Of a stretch of 64,000 bases of DNA, positions 51,851-64,000 are shown in pieces; within the stretch, counting starts at the first letter, position 1, and every line of letters starts with the position of its first letter. The DNA is from Okamejei kenojei. Its lineage: Eukaryota. The stretch spans positions 16,244,001-16,308,000 of the forward strand of contig CM069151.1 of assembly GCA_035221665.1 (NCBI GenBank), in the 5' to 3' direction. The notes below the pieces were generated by a model. It was given only the letters and a program-made list of their open reading frames with translations, did no database searches and was not told the DNA's origin. A program made the position numbers and the translations under genes.

Positions 51851-52095
51851 CCCATTAATTCCTTCTACGTCGCTTTTCTCCCATGAATCCCAACCCTTGA
51901 ATTCCCAAATAAACCCACTCAGTAAACCCTTCATGTTCAGCAAGCTTTGTGCATCAGACAGTACGACTCACAAATTAATCCCCGGCAGTGCTACGATCTG
52001 AGACATGAGTTCACATATCATAGGACTAGAGGGAGCATGGCAAAGGTGGGCAGCTCAGCTGGGACTCCTAACCCAATCAACAAAATGACTCATGT

Positions 52096-52257
52096 TCAAA
52101 TCTTATTGCCATACAATATTGAGTGATTAAAAATTGATGAAACTTGTTGTTTCATCTGGGTATAATGTTGGTCTCAAATCTTATTGCCATACAATATTGA
52201 GTGACTAAAGATTGATGAAACTTGTTGTTTCATCTGGGTCTAATGTTGGTCTCAAAT
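52096..52257. repeat. 78-bp tandem duplication
   Basis: tcaaatcttattgccatac... at 52096 and 52174. Confidence 0.9.
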
Positions 52258-52519
52258 GTTAAATAAGAATGGTGGAATTCTCTTGTCATCACTGATGACA
52301 AGAGAAATAAGAATTATCTTGTAATCACTGATAAATTGGTTTAAAATGAGAGAAAAACATTCTCCACTTATAACATGGGATTCAAGAGGAAAAGGACATT
52401 GTGTTGCAGAAAATGACGATTACAGCAAATGCAATCACTCTATAATGCAGGGGTTATCTGTGTTGGGTCCATTTTGCCTGCATGCATTAGTGTTTCTTAG
52501 CTCTGCTATAACTTCAGTA

Positions 52520-53050
52520 CAAGTTGTAGGTGACAAATCATCCTCTACAATAATCCCCAATATGGGTGCTCTGCAAGAATGTGTTCTCAGCTCCCTTCAT
52601 TGCTCCTTATTCACCACGATTGTGCAGCCCCGTACATATTTAACTCAATTTACAAATTCATGGGTGACACCACCGTACTGGCACGGATACCAAAATAATT
52701 ATGGTACATAATTATACAAATAACGGAGTACAGGAAGGACATTGAGAACCTTGTAACCTGGTGTCGCGTTAATAACCTTTCTCTCAATGTCAACAAGGCA
52801 AAGGAGATAGCGATCAACTTCAGAATTCAGGCGAAGTGCTACACATACATTGCTACACATACATTGACAGCGCCAAAATAGAGATAGTTGAAAGCTTCAA
52901 GTTCCTAGCAGTAAATATCACGAGCAACTTGTCCTGAACTAGCCGTATCAAAGCAAAGGCTATGAAAGCACACCGATGCCTCTACTTCCTCAGAAGGCTT
53001 AGCAAGTTTGGCATGTCTTCAACAACTCTCACCAACTTCTACAGATGTGC
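52520..53050 (+). mobile_element. degenerate Rex1/Babar LINE fragment
   Basis: Remnants of GALQECVLS, NNLSLNVNK, VESFKFL, LYFLRRL. Confidence 0.7.
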
Positions 53051-53236
53051 TAATTATTCACATCTGGCATTTGAAAAGTAGTGTTTTGGAAATATTTAAA
53101 CTGAAGATATAACTACAACTGCTGATACTATTAATATTGCACTGCAAATAAGCAAACATTCTCCTTTATCGAAAAACAATAACTAATTAAAAATATGCAT
53201 TCTTTTAACAGGTGAATGCTGAAAGTTACTACTTAC

Positions 53237-53268
53237 TTTGGCAAGTAGTGATTCCATGAAGGCATGTA
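53237..53268 (-). CDS. mucin exon, E3 end
   Basis: 32 nt; (C)TCLHGITTCQ, phases fit both neighbours. Confidence 0.85.
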
Positions 53269-54062
53269 CTGTCAACAAAAAGAAAGATGTTACAAATAAA
53301 ACAAACTAAAGAACTACAAACTAGTCTAAAGACATATTGTGTTGCAATGGTTCAACCTCTCTGGAAAGATGGAATTGGAAAGGTAAAAACTCTGTTAGCT
53401 CTGAAATCACCACCAAAAACCATAGTCCACAGGAGGATTTAAAAATGTAATAGAGGCAATGTATGGTCAAGGGAATAGATTCTTTACTAATAGCAGAATG
53501 AGACATAAGAAATTAATACATTTTGTTGGTTTTTATTCATGGGTAATCACAGACCACCTGCACTTTATTGTTGCAACTCATGGAGAAGTTAACCTTTAAA
53601 GGAGCAATAGCCTTCACTTAATGTTCATAATTCACAACAAATATTACAATATAGTGTAACAATGAAGGATAATTATTAAGGGATGGACTCTCAGAAAGAA
53701 TAGTCCCTGATTATTGTTGGACAGAGAGAATAAAGAAAATGAAGAACTTTTTGCAGAAGGAACAGAAAATGAATATAACTGCAAACTGTAGATTAAAGTC
53801 ACTGAAGCAAGTGAGGGAGGGTGGTGGGTGGGAAGGAATTTGAAAACAATTATTCTGGCCTTTGTTCAGGTGTGAAATTATTCTAGGCTGCATTTTATAT
53901 TTCAATTATTAAAATAGCTAATGTCACTATTTAAACCTCAAAAATTATTTATGGCATTATTAAGGGAATATTTGTAAAACCCAATTTTTTGGCATTTATC
54001 TTGTTTTTTTTCTTTTAATATTAGAACAGTGATAAATACATTTACTGATATGACTACTTTAC

Positions 54063-54204
54063 CATTCTTCACAATCACTTATTGTTATTTCACCAGGTTG
54101 TAGTATTCTCCCATCATTATAACATGTGCACTGTGGTAGTGTAACACATTTCATAATATTTTCATCCAAGTAAGGAGCATTATCTGGACACTTGGCATAG
54201 CAAC
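54063..54204 (-). CDS. mucin exon, TIL3/E3
   Basis: 142 nt; [47 protein letters not shown]. Confidence 0.93.
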
Positions 54205-54487
54205 CTAAAGTAGTGAGAAGTAAAAATGACCATCAGGAGAAACAGGAAGGTTGTAAATGCAGGAGATCTTGACACCAATAAAATGTATCTCCATCTCAAT
54301 ATGCACAAATCTCCAATGCATGAATTTTTTATGAAGATTTATAAAAATATATATACTTTAACTGAGTATGTGTAATGAATTGCATAATGAATTGATTATT
54401 ATGATTTTTAGTTTTAAGAACCTAAAAGTATTGTTTAAAAAATTTGTAAAATGATTGTGACATATTTGAATACATTCTAAACAGCAC

Positions 54488-54601
54488 CTTCTAGATTTGC
54501 AGAGTACTTTTTCCGTGTGCATGTTTTTGTTGTTGTTGTTCCACACGGCTGATAATGCCAACTGCAGTCACCAAGACTGTTATAATAGTCACAGTATACA
54601 G
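54488..54601 (-). CDS. mucin exon, TIL3
   Basis: 114 nt; [38 protein letters not shown]. Confidence 0.92.
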
Positions 54602-55269
54602 CTGGAGAATAAAAGAAACAATCAAATTGTAATTTGGGCTTGGTTATTTATTGCCCAAAATGAGCACAATATTGCATGGCAAATAGTCACTGTATATTTA
54701 TTTTATAGATATTGGTCTGTGAACTGGAGTTAAGAACTCCAGTTGGACTCTCAGACATCTGTCCTTACCATGGCAGATACTCGGACAAATTTATTCTCCT
54801 ATTCCAAAGAGTATACAAGTTGATAAATGAGTTGACTTATGTAGTAGGTAAAGGAGAATTGTCATGAGCACCAATACAATCAACCTGCAAAGTATATATT
54901 TTTAGATAAAGCGGACCAACAGTCACATTGATAGATGGAATGATACGTGCATTTATTTTTAAGTGTATGCCAAACTTGGAGGATAGAGACTGAATGTTGG
55001 CAGAACATCAAGTTCAAATTAATAGCCACAAATCTCATTAATAAGCAAACAGATGAGATTTAATGAAACAAATATTGTGGATTAGTTGCAGATTAGCAGG
55101 TGTTGGAATATTTGGCTGCGTGAGGTTCTGAATGTATTTTCTTGATGAATCAAGGATTAAAAGTGTACAGTGATAGTGACCTACCTTTCACTGAAAGGAT
55201 CAAAATGACCTGCCTTTCATTGAAAGGATCAAAATCAGTTTTGATATGTTATCCATCGTGAGCAAAAAG

Positions 55270-55574
55270 TGGTTCAGTAAACAGTGCACAAATAATTACC
55301 CGAGAGTATCCTCCAAACAGAATCAAGGTATCAAGGTCAGTTTATTGTCACATGTACTGATTAAGGTGCAGTGAAATTCAAATTACCATACAGCCATATT
55401 TAAAAAAAAGCAACAAGACACACAACTACATAAAAGTTAACATAAACATCCAACACAGCGGATTCCCCACATTCTTCACTGTGATGGAAGGCAATAAAGG
55501 CAAATCTTCTTGAAACTTTGATTCTGTTTGGAGGATACTCTTGGATAATTAATTGTGCATTGTTTGCTGAACCA
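55270..55574. repeat. 57-bp inverted repeat enclosing a retroelement 3' tail
   Basis: Arms at 55270-55326 and 55518-55574; insert is the minus-strand tail ..gtgacaataaactgaccttga. Confidence 0.8.
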
Positions 55575-55852
55575 AGCAGAAGATGGAGGATCTCGTGTCA
55601 AAAGAGACAGGGAATTGAAGAAGGAAATATGGTTTCTTTATTGCAATTACAAAATGACACAGATTTTAAACAGCACCAAGCATCAATCTGGACCTTGAGA
55701 ACACAAGAGTCTGCAGATGCGGGAATCTGGAACAACAATCTGAATAATTATGGTACTCTATGGATCAATGTGTTCTGCTATCTATAAAAATATGTTGATG
55801 AGCCCATATACCTTAATTGTTCTCTACAAGGAATACAGAACTTTAGACTTAC

Positions 55853-56009
55853 GGCAGAATTCAGGGGTTCTCCAGCGAATGCAAACATCAGCTTTGTTGC
55901 AAGCCTCTGCGTACACAGCAATAGCAGTACACAAACCCTGGTATTTTCCCTCCATATCACAAACGCAAGCTTCTTGGACACAAGCATCATAAAATGCGAT
56001 TGGGTTAAC
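55853..56009 (-). CDS. mucin exon, C8-3
   Basis: 157 nt; [52 protein letters not shown]. Confidence 0.95.
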
Positions 56010-56088
56010 CTGATAAAGAGCCACAATGTCAGAAATCATGATTGCATTATGGATTATATTTAAATTTCAAATTTAACTGGCATATTAC

Positions 56089-56328
56089 CTTTTTATGACA
56101 AGCTTGAAAGACCGGGCCAGTAATTATGCTGCACCTCTTCTGAGCCCATGCTAAACAATATGGATTGTTATCACATGGGTATATTTCACTGACTGTGTCA
56201 GAGCATGACTGCATGGACTTCCAACTGTTCCCAAAGGCCACAAAGCTGGTCACCAAGGAGTTCCCCTTCGTTGTTAAGTCGTCTTCAATGTTTTCATTGA
56301 AATTTCCACAAAGGCCACAAACTTTATT
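56089..56328 (-). CDS. mucin exon, VWD3 end/C8-3
   Basis: 240 nt; NKVCGLCGNFNENIEDD...FGNSWK...CSIITGPVFQACHKK. Confidence 0.95.
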
Positions 56329-59235
56329 CTTACGTATGTAAAAAAAAGCAAAACTAATGTTACTATTCTAAATTCACAATTCAAATTTCCTACTTTTTCC
56401 AAGTTAACCCAATACAAATGTCAGAATTATCAATCTTTCATTGCAATAAACCACCTAGTCGCTTCTTGAGATCCAGTATGGCACTATACAAACATAATTA
56501 GTTAATTTTGACCTAGTCTTTGATCTTTTATATAATTTTCAGTGTTCCTCGCTTCAGAAGCACAGCTTTTGTCTACTCCAAAAATAAATGCAATCATACA
56601 GAGAGCGAAGCATCAAGAGGGTTTTACATCACAACCAGAACCAAAGACATTAGCTATAAAGAGGTTATAATTTAGTTTGTGAATGGCAATAAATAAAGCA
56701 AGTTATTTCACTCTTTATTACCTATGGATTAGTATGGTTGAAAATTCAAAGTATTTTCAATAAACTGCTAAATTATACAATATGGGGATTTTGGGCAGTT
56801 CTGGACCCTGCACCAGAGGGCATGTTGTCCCACTGTCTGATAAATTACAACCTAATCTATTGGTTGAAGGCCTTCACCATTGTCACAACTTTTCATGATA
56901 AAAGTTGGCACAAGTATATAAAAGAAGATTAAACTGCTAAATGTATAATTAAAAATGAAGAATAATCCAAGACTATTATCTGATCCAATTATATTTCATC
57001 TTTATTTTCAACAAACTCTTGGCTTTGAATCCTCATGATCTTTACCACATATACATACATTGTACACATTTTACTGTTAATGTTTAACTCCTCAAAGCAT
57101 CAAGCCATCCTTTGAATGAAATGAATGAATCAAAATCTGTATGTGAACTGTTGTCTTTAAATATATACAGTACTTGCAGACTCTTGAAAATAGATGGCAT
57201 CAAAGGGGTAATTTTAAAACAATTCCTCTTGTATTTTTGCTTCCATTGAAGTGATTTATCATTTCATATAATGCTTTTACTTTATGTATACATATGTTTA
57301 ATGGTAGCCTTTTGACAGGTTTGAGGAAGCCTTTTGAAAGGTTTGAGGGAGCCTTTTGCACCACCCATGTGGATTCTGTTTTGCCTTTCCACACTGCCAA
57401 TTGACTTAGAGACAAGATTTTGAGTTGGGATTGTTCCAGTGAAGGTTTTCACCTTGGCCTCTCGTTACATCCTGGAACACTGCATTGGGAGCTTCAGGTT
57501 CACAATAAATGAAAATCAAAAAACTGAAGATACTGGAAATCTGAAACTAAAACAAAATCCTTTAAAAACTCAACAGGTCAGGAATGGAAAGAGAAACAGT
57601 TAATTTTTCAGGTCGAAGGCTGAAGATGGGTCTGAAGATGGGTCTTTGACCTGAAATGTTAACTCCTTCACTTTTCACAGATGCTGCCTAACCTGCTAAG
57701 ACTTTCGAGTATTTTTAGTTTTTTTTAGATTCACATTGGTTATTCCCAGCTTGACAAATCCAGAAGCTTATATACCAAAGATGTCATAAAAACATATTTG
57801 CTTAAAAATCTCCAGTTCCGTGTTGGTGTTTTATTCCATCTGTGCACATGGAGAAGTTTTGTCTATGAGGGAAGTGTGATAATAATTTCTGGATATTTTT
57901 CACTGTATTGAGAATTTGATAGGACATTTCCTGTCAATAGCCAGTCTTGTGACCCCAATGTCAATTTCGCCCCAAAGCCACACAGGAGGACGTTAGTTTC
58001 TATTAGAGTTATAGAGTCATACAATGTGGAAATAGGCCTCTTCAGCTCAACTTCTCCGCGCCAACCAACATGCTCCATCTACACTTAGAAGGCATTTGCC
58101 CATATCCTTCTAAACCTATCCTATCCATGTACCTATCAAAATGTCTCTTAATATATATTTATCAATAATGTCATCTCGGACTAATGCCGTGACATTCTCC
58201 TTAATCAATACGGCAACACCCTCTCTACCATTTTGCTTTTTCGGCAGAGCTGTATGAAAGTCATATAATGACTTAACCTGCCGAATTTAATGTACTACCC
58301 AATGTCAATCTCCACTAAGACCCTGACCCTTTAATCTGCATTAAAACCCTAACACCACACCCCCCCCCCCCCACCCCCTCCACTCCACATCACAATGATC
58401 CATTCTCAGCTGATTTACTGGACTCTGTCAACCCTTCATCTGCTCGTCTCAACCTTCCCTTACCCTGCATAATAGCACCATTCTGATCCCTTCCATTCTC
58501 TTCCTTCTCATTTCCTCCTACCACCACATGTTAGAAATCTGCTAGAGCGTTAGTGTGTCACCACAGTGTCAATAACTCTCTAATTCGAGCTTCCCTCAAT
58601 GATGTGATAGAGCTATCAGGCTGACGTGACGATAAAATGTGCAATACCTAATTTTGTGCAACCAAGGCCTAGGGCTGCATCTGAATTTTAACATAATGGA
58701 AGAATGACCATAATAACCATTGCCCCTCACATCTTTTCCATTCTAATGCACCTTTAAAAAAAATTGTGGACATCTGTGCTCAACTCTGTTTTCCATAGTT
58801 ATTTTGTGCCAGTTTTCCTCTATTGTTAAACAATGCAGCTCCCTACCATTTTCACAATTCCTATTAAACTGCTGGCAAAGCTTCTAAGTACTATTTAATA
58901 TTGTCCTTATACAAAGAAGTGTAGGTTATTGTTCAGCTGCTTCTTAAAGTTGAATAGCTGATAATGAGCCCAATAATAAATGAAAAACCATAGTTTCATC
59001 TCATTTATTTTGAATCAAATGCTGCATTGCTCAGGGAATTTAGTCCCAAATTATGTGTTGTCCATTCCATCTACAGCTCAATTGTCTACGAGCATTTAGT
59101 TAAACATTTTTCACACCACATCCACGTTTCTCATATGAATTATGCCGCACAAATTTTGTTTTACAATTTCTCATTATGTTTTCTCTATCAATAAACAGAA
59201 ATTAAGGAAACATTTTAATTTACACTCATACATAC

Positions 59236-59424
59236 CTTCCATCTGGGGTCCAATGTGATTGAAAATCTTGTATTTTTGTCCCATATCACAGTTATCCCAT
59301 TGGAAAATGTTATGACTAAGTAAAGTCCAACATTGTGAATTGTATATAAATTTTCTGTGCACTGGTTTTCGCCAAGGGATATTTCACTCACTCTATTTCC
59401 ACTCAACAGAATTATTTCTTTATC
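59236..59424 (-). CDS. mucin exon, VWD3
   Basis: 189 nt; DKEIILLSGNRV...VGLYLVITFSNGITVIWDKNTRFSITLDPRWK (within ORF 59215..59406). Confidence 0.95.
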
Positions 59425-59565
59425 CTATAAGAATATATTTGAAAATACATTGATTTATAACATGCTGAATAAACTAAATTAAATCATTGCAAGGATCCAT
59501 TTGGATGCTTTATTTTAAAACGGCATCTTACGCATTCTAATTGTTATAAATCAAAGGGCATATAC

Positions 59566-59670
59566 CTCAAATATGATTCTGATGTTTCTTGAACATGTCA
59601 CTCCATTTTCACAGCAGGGAACACTCTCGGTCAGTATTTGGAATGTGCCAATCTTTCGCAGACATTGGTC
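59566..59670 (-). CDS. mucin exon, VWD3
   Basis: 105 nt; [35 protein letters not shown]. Confidence 0.95.
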
Positions 59671-60499
59671 CTAAAATTAAGATAACTTGATTAATTTGGT
59701 GCAGGGTAATTTTAACCAATCATAATCTGGATTGGCAGAGCCAGCTCAATAATTCCAGTATAATTTATAGTTCATCAAGATTTATATATATTTTCATTAT
59801 CCTCTGAGCTCAAGAAAATATAAGGACAAAGGAAGGGAAAAAGACAAGGTCATAATAACAGCTCTTGAAACCATTAGCACCAAGTGATAGTTAACACTTT
59901 CAAAAGCATTTAAGGTTTGCTGAAGAACTATTCATACTATAGAATCTCAGATCATTTAATCTGATTAATACATTTTGTTCATTTTTACCTTCTCATTTAT
60001 ATCTCAGAAGCAATATCAGAGATTCCAGATTACACTCAAAACCATTCTTGCTGATTGTGTCTGAGACAATTTGCACTTTTAAACATGCGATCTAATATGC
60101 TGCTTCATGTTTAGAATCTCATCTGTCATAATTTTGTAGTGTGAAATTCTTTGAGTGATTAAACAAGCAAATGTGTGAACAATTCCAGTTGGACAGATGT
60201 ATTACTCCCTCTCCTCCAACAGCTATCAATAACAACAACCAAAGGCCGACCAAATGTCAAAAGTAGTTGCTAGGACCGATCCATTTTAAATGAACAAATT
60301 ACTTTAGAGAAATTTTTAATTTCAGTTAAATATTTTAAATACTAATTACAATCATTATATCAATTAACAATAATCTTTTGCATATCTGCCTAAACTTAGA
60401 AAGAATGTAAAGATTTTTAATTTAAGTATTATCATATATGTTTACAACTAAATGAAAAAGAAAAAAAATGCACATTGAATATGATGTTCTCTATCTTAC

Positions 60500-60638
60500 C
60501 TCAACAAAGATATATTCACAGTTGCCATCAAAAGTGTATCGCTTTCCATCAAAGGTCATGTAATGTCCATCTCCATAAACATGGCATGTCTTTGGACATG
60601 GATCATTGGTACATTCCCATGTGCCAATTTTGCATGTG
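60500..60638 (-). CDS. mucin exon, E'/start of VWD3
   Basis: 139 nt; TCKIGTWECTNDPCPKTCHVYGDGHYMTFDGKRYTFDGNCEYIFVE. Confidence 0.95.
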
Positions 60639-60724
60639 CTACAATAGAGAAGACATAGTAATATCTTTCTACAATTCCATGCTGTTAAGGGCTGTTATTT
60701 TGTTTGACATTTGTCTAGGCTCAC

Positions 60725-60873
60725 CACTTATTGCAGTCCCTTTTGATTGTTTCTCCAGGCCCAAAGGTTTCACCTCCAAATACACAAGGACAGTGAGATG
60801 GTGCAATGCATCTTCCACTGGAATCTTCCACCAAACCACCAGGGCAGACACAGCCCGGGACACATGGGTTTGG
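60725..60873 (-). CDS. mucin exon, TIL'/E' (D' region)
   Basis: 149 nt, AG/GT; PNPCVPGCVCPGGLVEDSSGRCIAPSHCPCVFGGETFGPGETIKRDCNK. Confidence 0.92.
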
Positions 60874-62094
60874 CTTTATAAAGGAGAAAACATTGTAAAA
60901 TTGGCAGAATTGGCATTAAGATCTATACTTGGACAGCATGTATGCGTAATCATCACATAGTTAAACTATACCCTGCAGTCCTATATGCTTCTGAGACTAG
61001 GACTACCCGCAACAGGTATCTTAAGGCAAAGGATAAAATACTACCAATGCTATTTCAGAAAATGGCTATGGAGTACACCCTCAAATCAGCATTAATGTTC
61101 CCGAAGTGGAGATGGTTGAATGCTTAAAATTCCTAGATATGAATATCACCAACAATTTGTCCTGGATCAGCCCCATTGAAGCTATGGGTAAAAAAGCACA
61201 CTGATGAATCTACTGCAGTAGGTGATAGGTTGAACCAGAAGAGCACATTGAGGATCTAGTAGGTGATAGGTTGAACCAGAAGAGGGGGGGGGGGGGGAAT
61301 GATAAGCAGATGGAACCAGATTAGGGAGCATGGGGCATGGAAGAAAAAGGTGAACAGAGAACTTGGGAGGGTTGGTGGGGATTAGAAAACAATATAGGGT
61401 GTCAGAGTTATCTGAGAATGGAAAATTCAATGTTCATACTTTTGGGCAGAAGCTAACAAAGCAGAATCTGAGGTATTGTTCTTCTAGTTTGCACTTGGCC
61501 TCACTGTGGCAATGAAGGAGGCTGAAGGCAGGCAGGACAGTATTGGGATGGGGAGGAGAGTTCAATAGACATCCAACTGGAAGCTCAAGATGACTGTTGT
61601 GGACGGTGCACATGCTCTGTAAAACAACTTTTTCTTGACAATACAGAGCAGGTCATCACAAGCATTGAATCCATTATCCATTTTATAGATTGAGTGACAT
61701 AGATACGCATAGATTGTGACAAGACATGTATGGTATAAAGCTACAAAGTGAAGGCGGGTAGTATCGCTGGCAACAATGGGTCCGTTCCCGATTAACTCAA
61801 TGCATCTACACCCACTTTGAACAGTCACATTCAAGCTATGGGCACAAAAGCACACAGATGCCCACACTTTCTCAGAAAACTAAGAAATTTTAACTGCTCC
61901 AACAACTTACCTTCTACAGATGCACTGTAGAAAACATCCTAACTTAGTTGCCTCACAGTCTGGTTGAGCAACAGTTCTACCCAAGACCATAAGAAATTGC
62001 AGAGAGTTGTGATGCAACACAACTCACTGTAATCTCTCTGATGTAGTCCATCACACAAACTAGTCTCTCAACTATCAACCCCATCTGCACTTAG

Positions 62095-63160
62095 ACAATA
62101 GACAATAGACAATAGGCGCAGGAGTAGGCCATTCAGCCCTTCGAGCCAGCACCACCATTCAATGTGATCATGGCTGATCATCCCCAATCAGTACCCCGTT
62201 CCTGCCTTTTCCTCATATCCTCTGATTCCGCTATCTTTAAGAGTTCTATCTAGCTCTCTTTTGAAAGTATCCAGAGAACCGGCCTCCATCACCCTCTGAG
62301 GCAGAAAATTCCACAGACTCACAACTCTCTGTGAGAAAAAGTGTTTACTTGTCTCCATTGTAAATGGCTTACCCCTTATTCTTAAACTGTGGCCCCTGGT
62401 TCTGGACTCCCCCAACATTGGGAACATGTTTCTGCCTCTAGCATGTCCAAACCCTTAATAATCTTATATGTTTTAATAAGATCCCCTCTCATCCTACTAA
62501 ACTCCAGAGTATACAAGCCCAGCCGCTCCATTCTCTCAGCATTCACTCCCGATGTTGGGGAGGTCCAGAACAAGGGGTCACAGTCTAAGGATAAGGGGGA
62601 ATTCCTTTAGGACCGAGATGAGGAAAACATTCACACAGAGTGGTGAGTCTCTGGAATTATCTGCCACAGAAGGTAGTTGAGGCCAGTTCATTGGCTATAT
62701 TTAAGAGGGAGTTAGATGTGGCCCTTGTGGCTAAAGGGATCAGGGGGTGTGGAGAGAAGGCAGGTACAGGATACTGAGTTGGATGATCAGCCAACATCAT
62801 ATTGAATGGTGGTGCAGGCTTGAAGGGCCGAATGGCCTCCTCCTGCACCTATTGTCTATGTTTCTATGTTTCTATATGACAGTCCCGTCATCCTGGGAAT
62901 GGACCTTGTAAACCTACTCTGCACTCCCTCAATAGCAAGAATGTCCTACCTTATATTAGGGGACCAAAACTGCACACAATGCTCCAGGTGTGGTCTCATT
63001 GGGGTCCTATACAACTGCAGAAGGACCTCTTTGCTCCTATACTCAACTTCTCTTGTTATGAAGGCCAACATGCCATTCGCTTTCTGCACTGCCAGCTGTA
63101 CCTGCATGCTTACTTTCATTGATTGATGCACAAGGACCCCCAGATCCCGTTATACTTCTG
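62095..63160 (-). mobile_element. CR1 3' fragment with a second CR1 fragment inserted in opposite orientation (~62543-62875)
   Basis: RPHLEHCVQFWSP, RMRGDLIKTYKII, RTRGHSLRI; tails (gacaata)n on the outer copy and (tttctatg)n on the inner copy. Confidence 0.85.
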
Positions 63161-64000
63161 TTGTTTCAGGAAAGCAGTCAACAAAATTGTAAATCATTTA
63201 TAGCTTAGTCACCTTTGGGCAGAAGATGCAAAATCTTGAAAGCACATACCATCAGATCAGATACAGATTCTTCCCCATGGCCAGTGGACTACTGCACAAT
63301 ACTCCCAAAAGCTAAGGTGTAGTCCCAATCTTCCAACCTATCTCATTCCAAATCTTGAACATTTTCTCTGTGACTGTAGCGCTATAATACTGTAACACTA
63401 TATTCAGGTCTCTGCTATTTTTTCTTTGTACTACCTGTTGTGCTTGTGCATGGCTTAATTATACGTACAGTATTCGACATTAGCGCTAAAACCAAGCTTT
63501 TCATTATATCTCGGTACATATAACAATAATAATCCAATACAAATACCAATGCCAAATTTGCTGTAAGGACTAAAGAACCAACATCCCCCCCCCCCCCCCC
63601 CCCCCCCCCACCCCAGTATTGAGGCCCTGCTTATTTTTAGGTGGCTACTATGGGCAGGCATCAACATTCATATGCCTGATGACTTTCATATGCCTAGTAC
63701 TTTTCCAAGTTCTGCATGGGAACAATTTACCAGGAAGACATAGGAAGAGATCAGAGGAAGTGCTCAAATACACCTTGGAGAAATGCAGCAATCTTACTGA
63801 TTCCTGGGACTCTCTGGCCTGTGACCGTTCAATGTGGGGGGAAAAGCATTGCAGATGATATGGAAAAAGGTGAGGTCATGTATCAGGAAAACAGTGTCAC
63901 TGTGATGCAAGAAATAGATCACTTAAACTACCCTTGCCCTGTCAGTCAGCATCTGCCCATCTGTGAAAGGGTATGTAATTCCCACAAGGCCTCAGTGGTC

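Larger units (their letters stand above)
48800..58925. repeat. pair of ~650-bp inverted homologous segments (48800-49455 and 58257-58925)
   Basis: Collinear reverse-complement matches, e.g. gggatcagaatggtgctattatg / cataatagcaccattctgatccc and gacactgtggtgacaca / tgtgtcaccacagtgtc. Confidence 0.85.
6792..60873 (-). other. MUC19: Gel-forming mucin gene, 3' portion (49 predicted exons; MUC19-type D3 and VWC-CK plus MUC2/MUC5-type CysD and D4); 5' end outside window
   Basis: Exons with GT-AG boundaries (one GC-AG) join in one frame of 5706 nt ending in TGA at 6792-6794. Motifs include YGDGHYMTFDG, KVCGLCGNFN, WSPW CysD and an 11-Cys CK. Mucin identity is near certain. The MUC19 symbol is tentative and rests on recalled similarity of ESVPCCE, CDMEGKY and [16 protein letters not shown]. 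Confidence 0.7.

Noticed and set aside
60874-64000. Further upstream mucin exons or a promoter
   Set aside because: Only LINE and PLE fragments are recognisable here; the gene must continue beyond the window.

Overview
Vertebrate genomic DNA, AT-rich. The repeat content (V-SINE-like, CR1, Rex1/Babar, Penelope-like, Harbinger MITEs, long poly-G/C) suggests a cartilaginous fish such as a skate; this is inference. About 54 kb (6792-60873) holds the 3' part of one minus-strand gel-forming mucin gene whose 5' end lies beyond position 64000. I hand-assembled 49 exons that splice in one continuous frame (5706 nt, about 1901 aa plus stop). Domain order: TIL'/E' - VWD3-C8-TIL3-E3 - 27 symmetric phase-1 exons (24 short PTS exons and 3 CysD exons, in a ~6.1-kb tandem unit) - VWC-like - VWD4-C8-TIL4 - VWC - cystine knot. 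From my recollection of the sequences, the D3 and VWC-CK parts look MUC19/submaxillary-mucin-like, yet the gene also has CysD domains and a D4 assembly, which mammalian MUC19 lacks. That D4 is unusual: GDPH is replaced by GRRH, and a ~90-aa Gly/Ser/Pro/Arg tandem repeat is inserted inside the C8 domain. Introns and the downstream flank hold many transposons, several with empty-site evidence from the paralogous units. All coordinates were read by eye and need RNA-seq confirmation.
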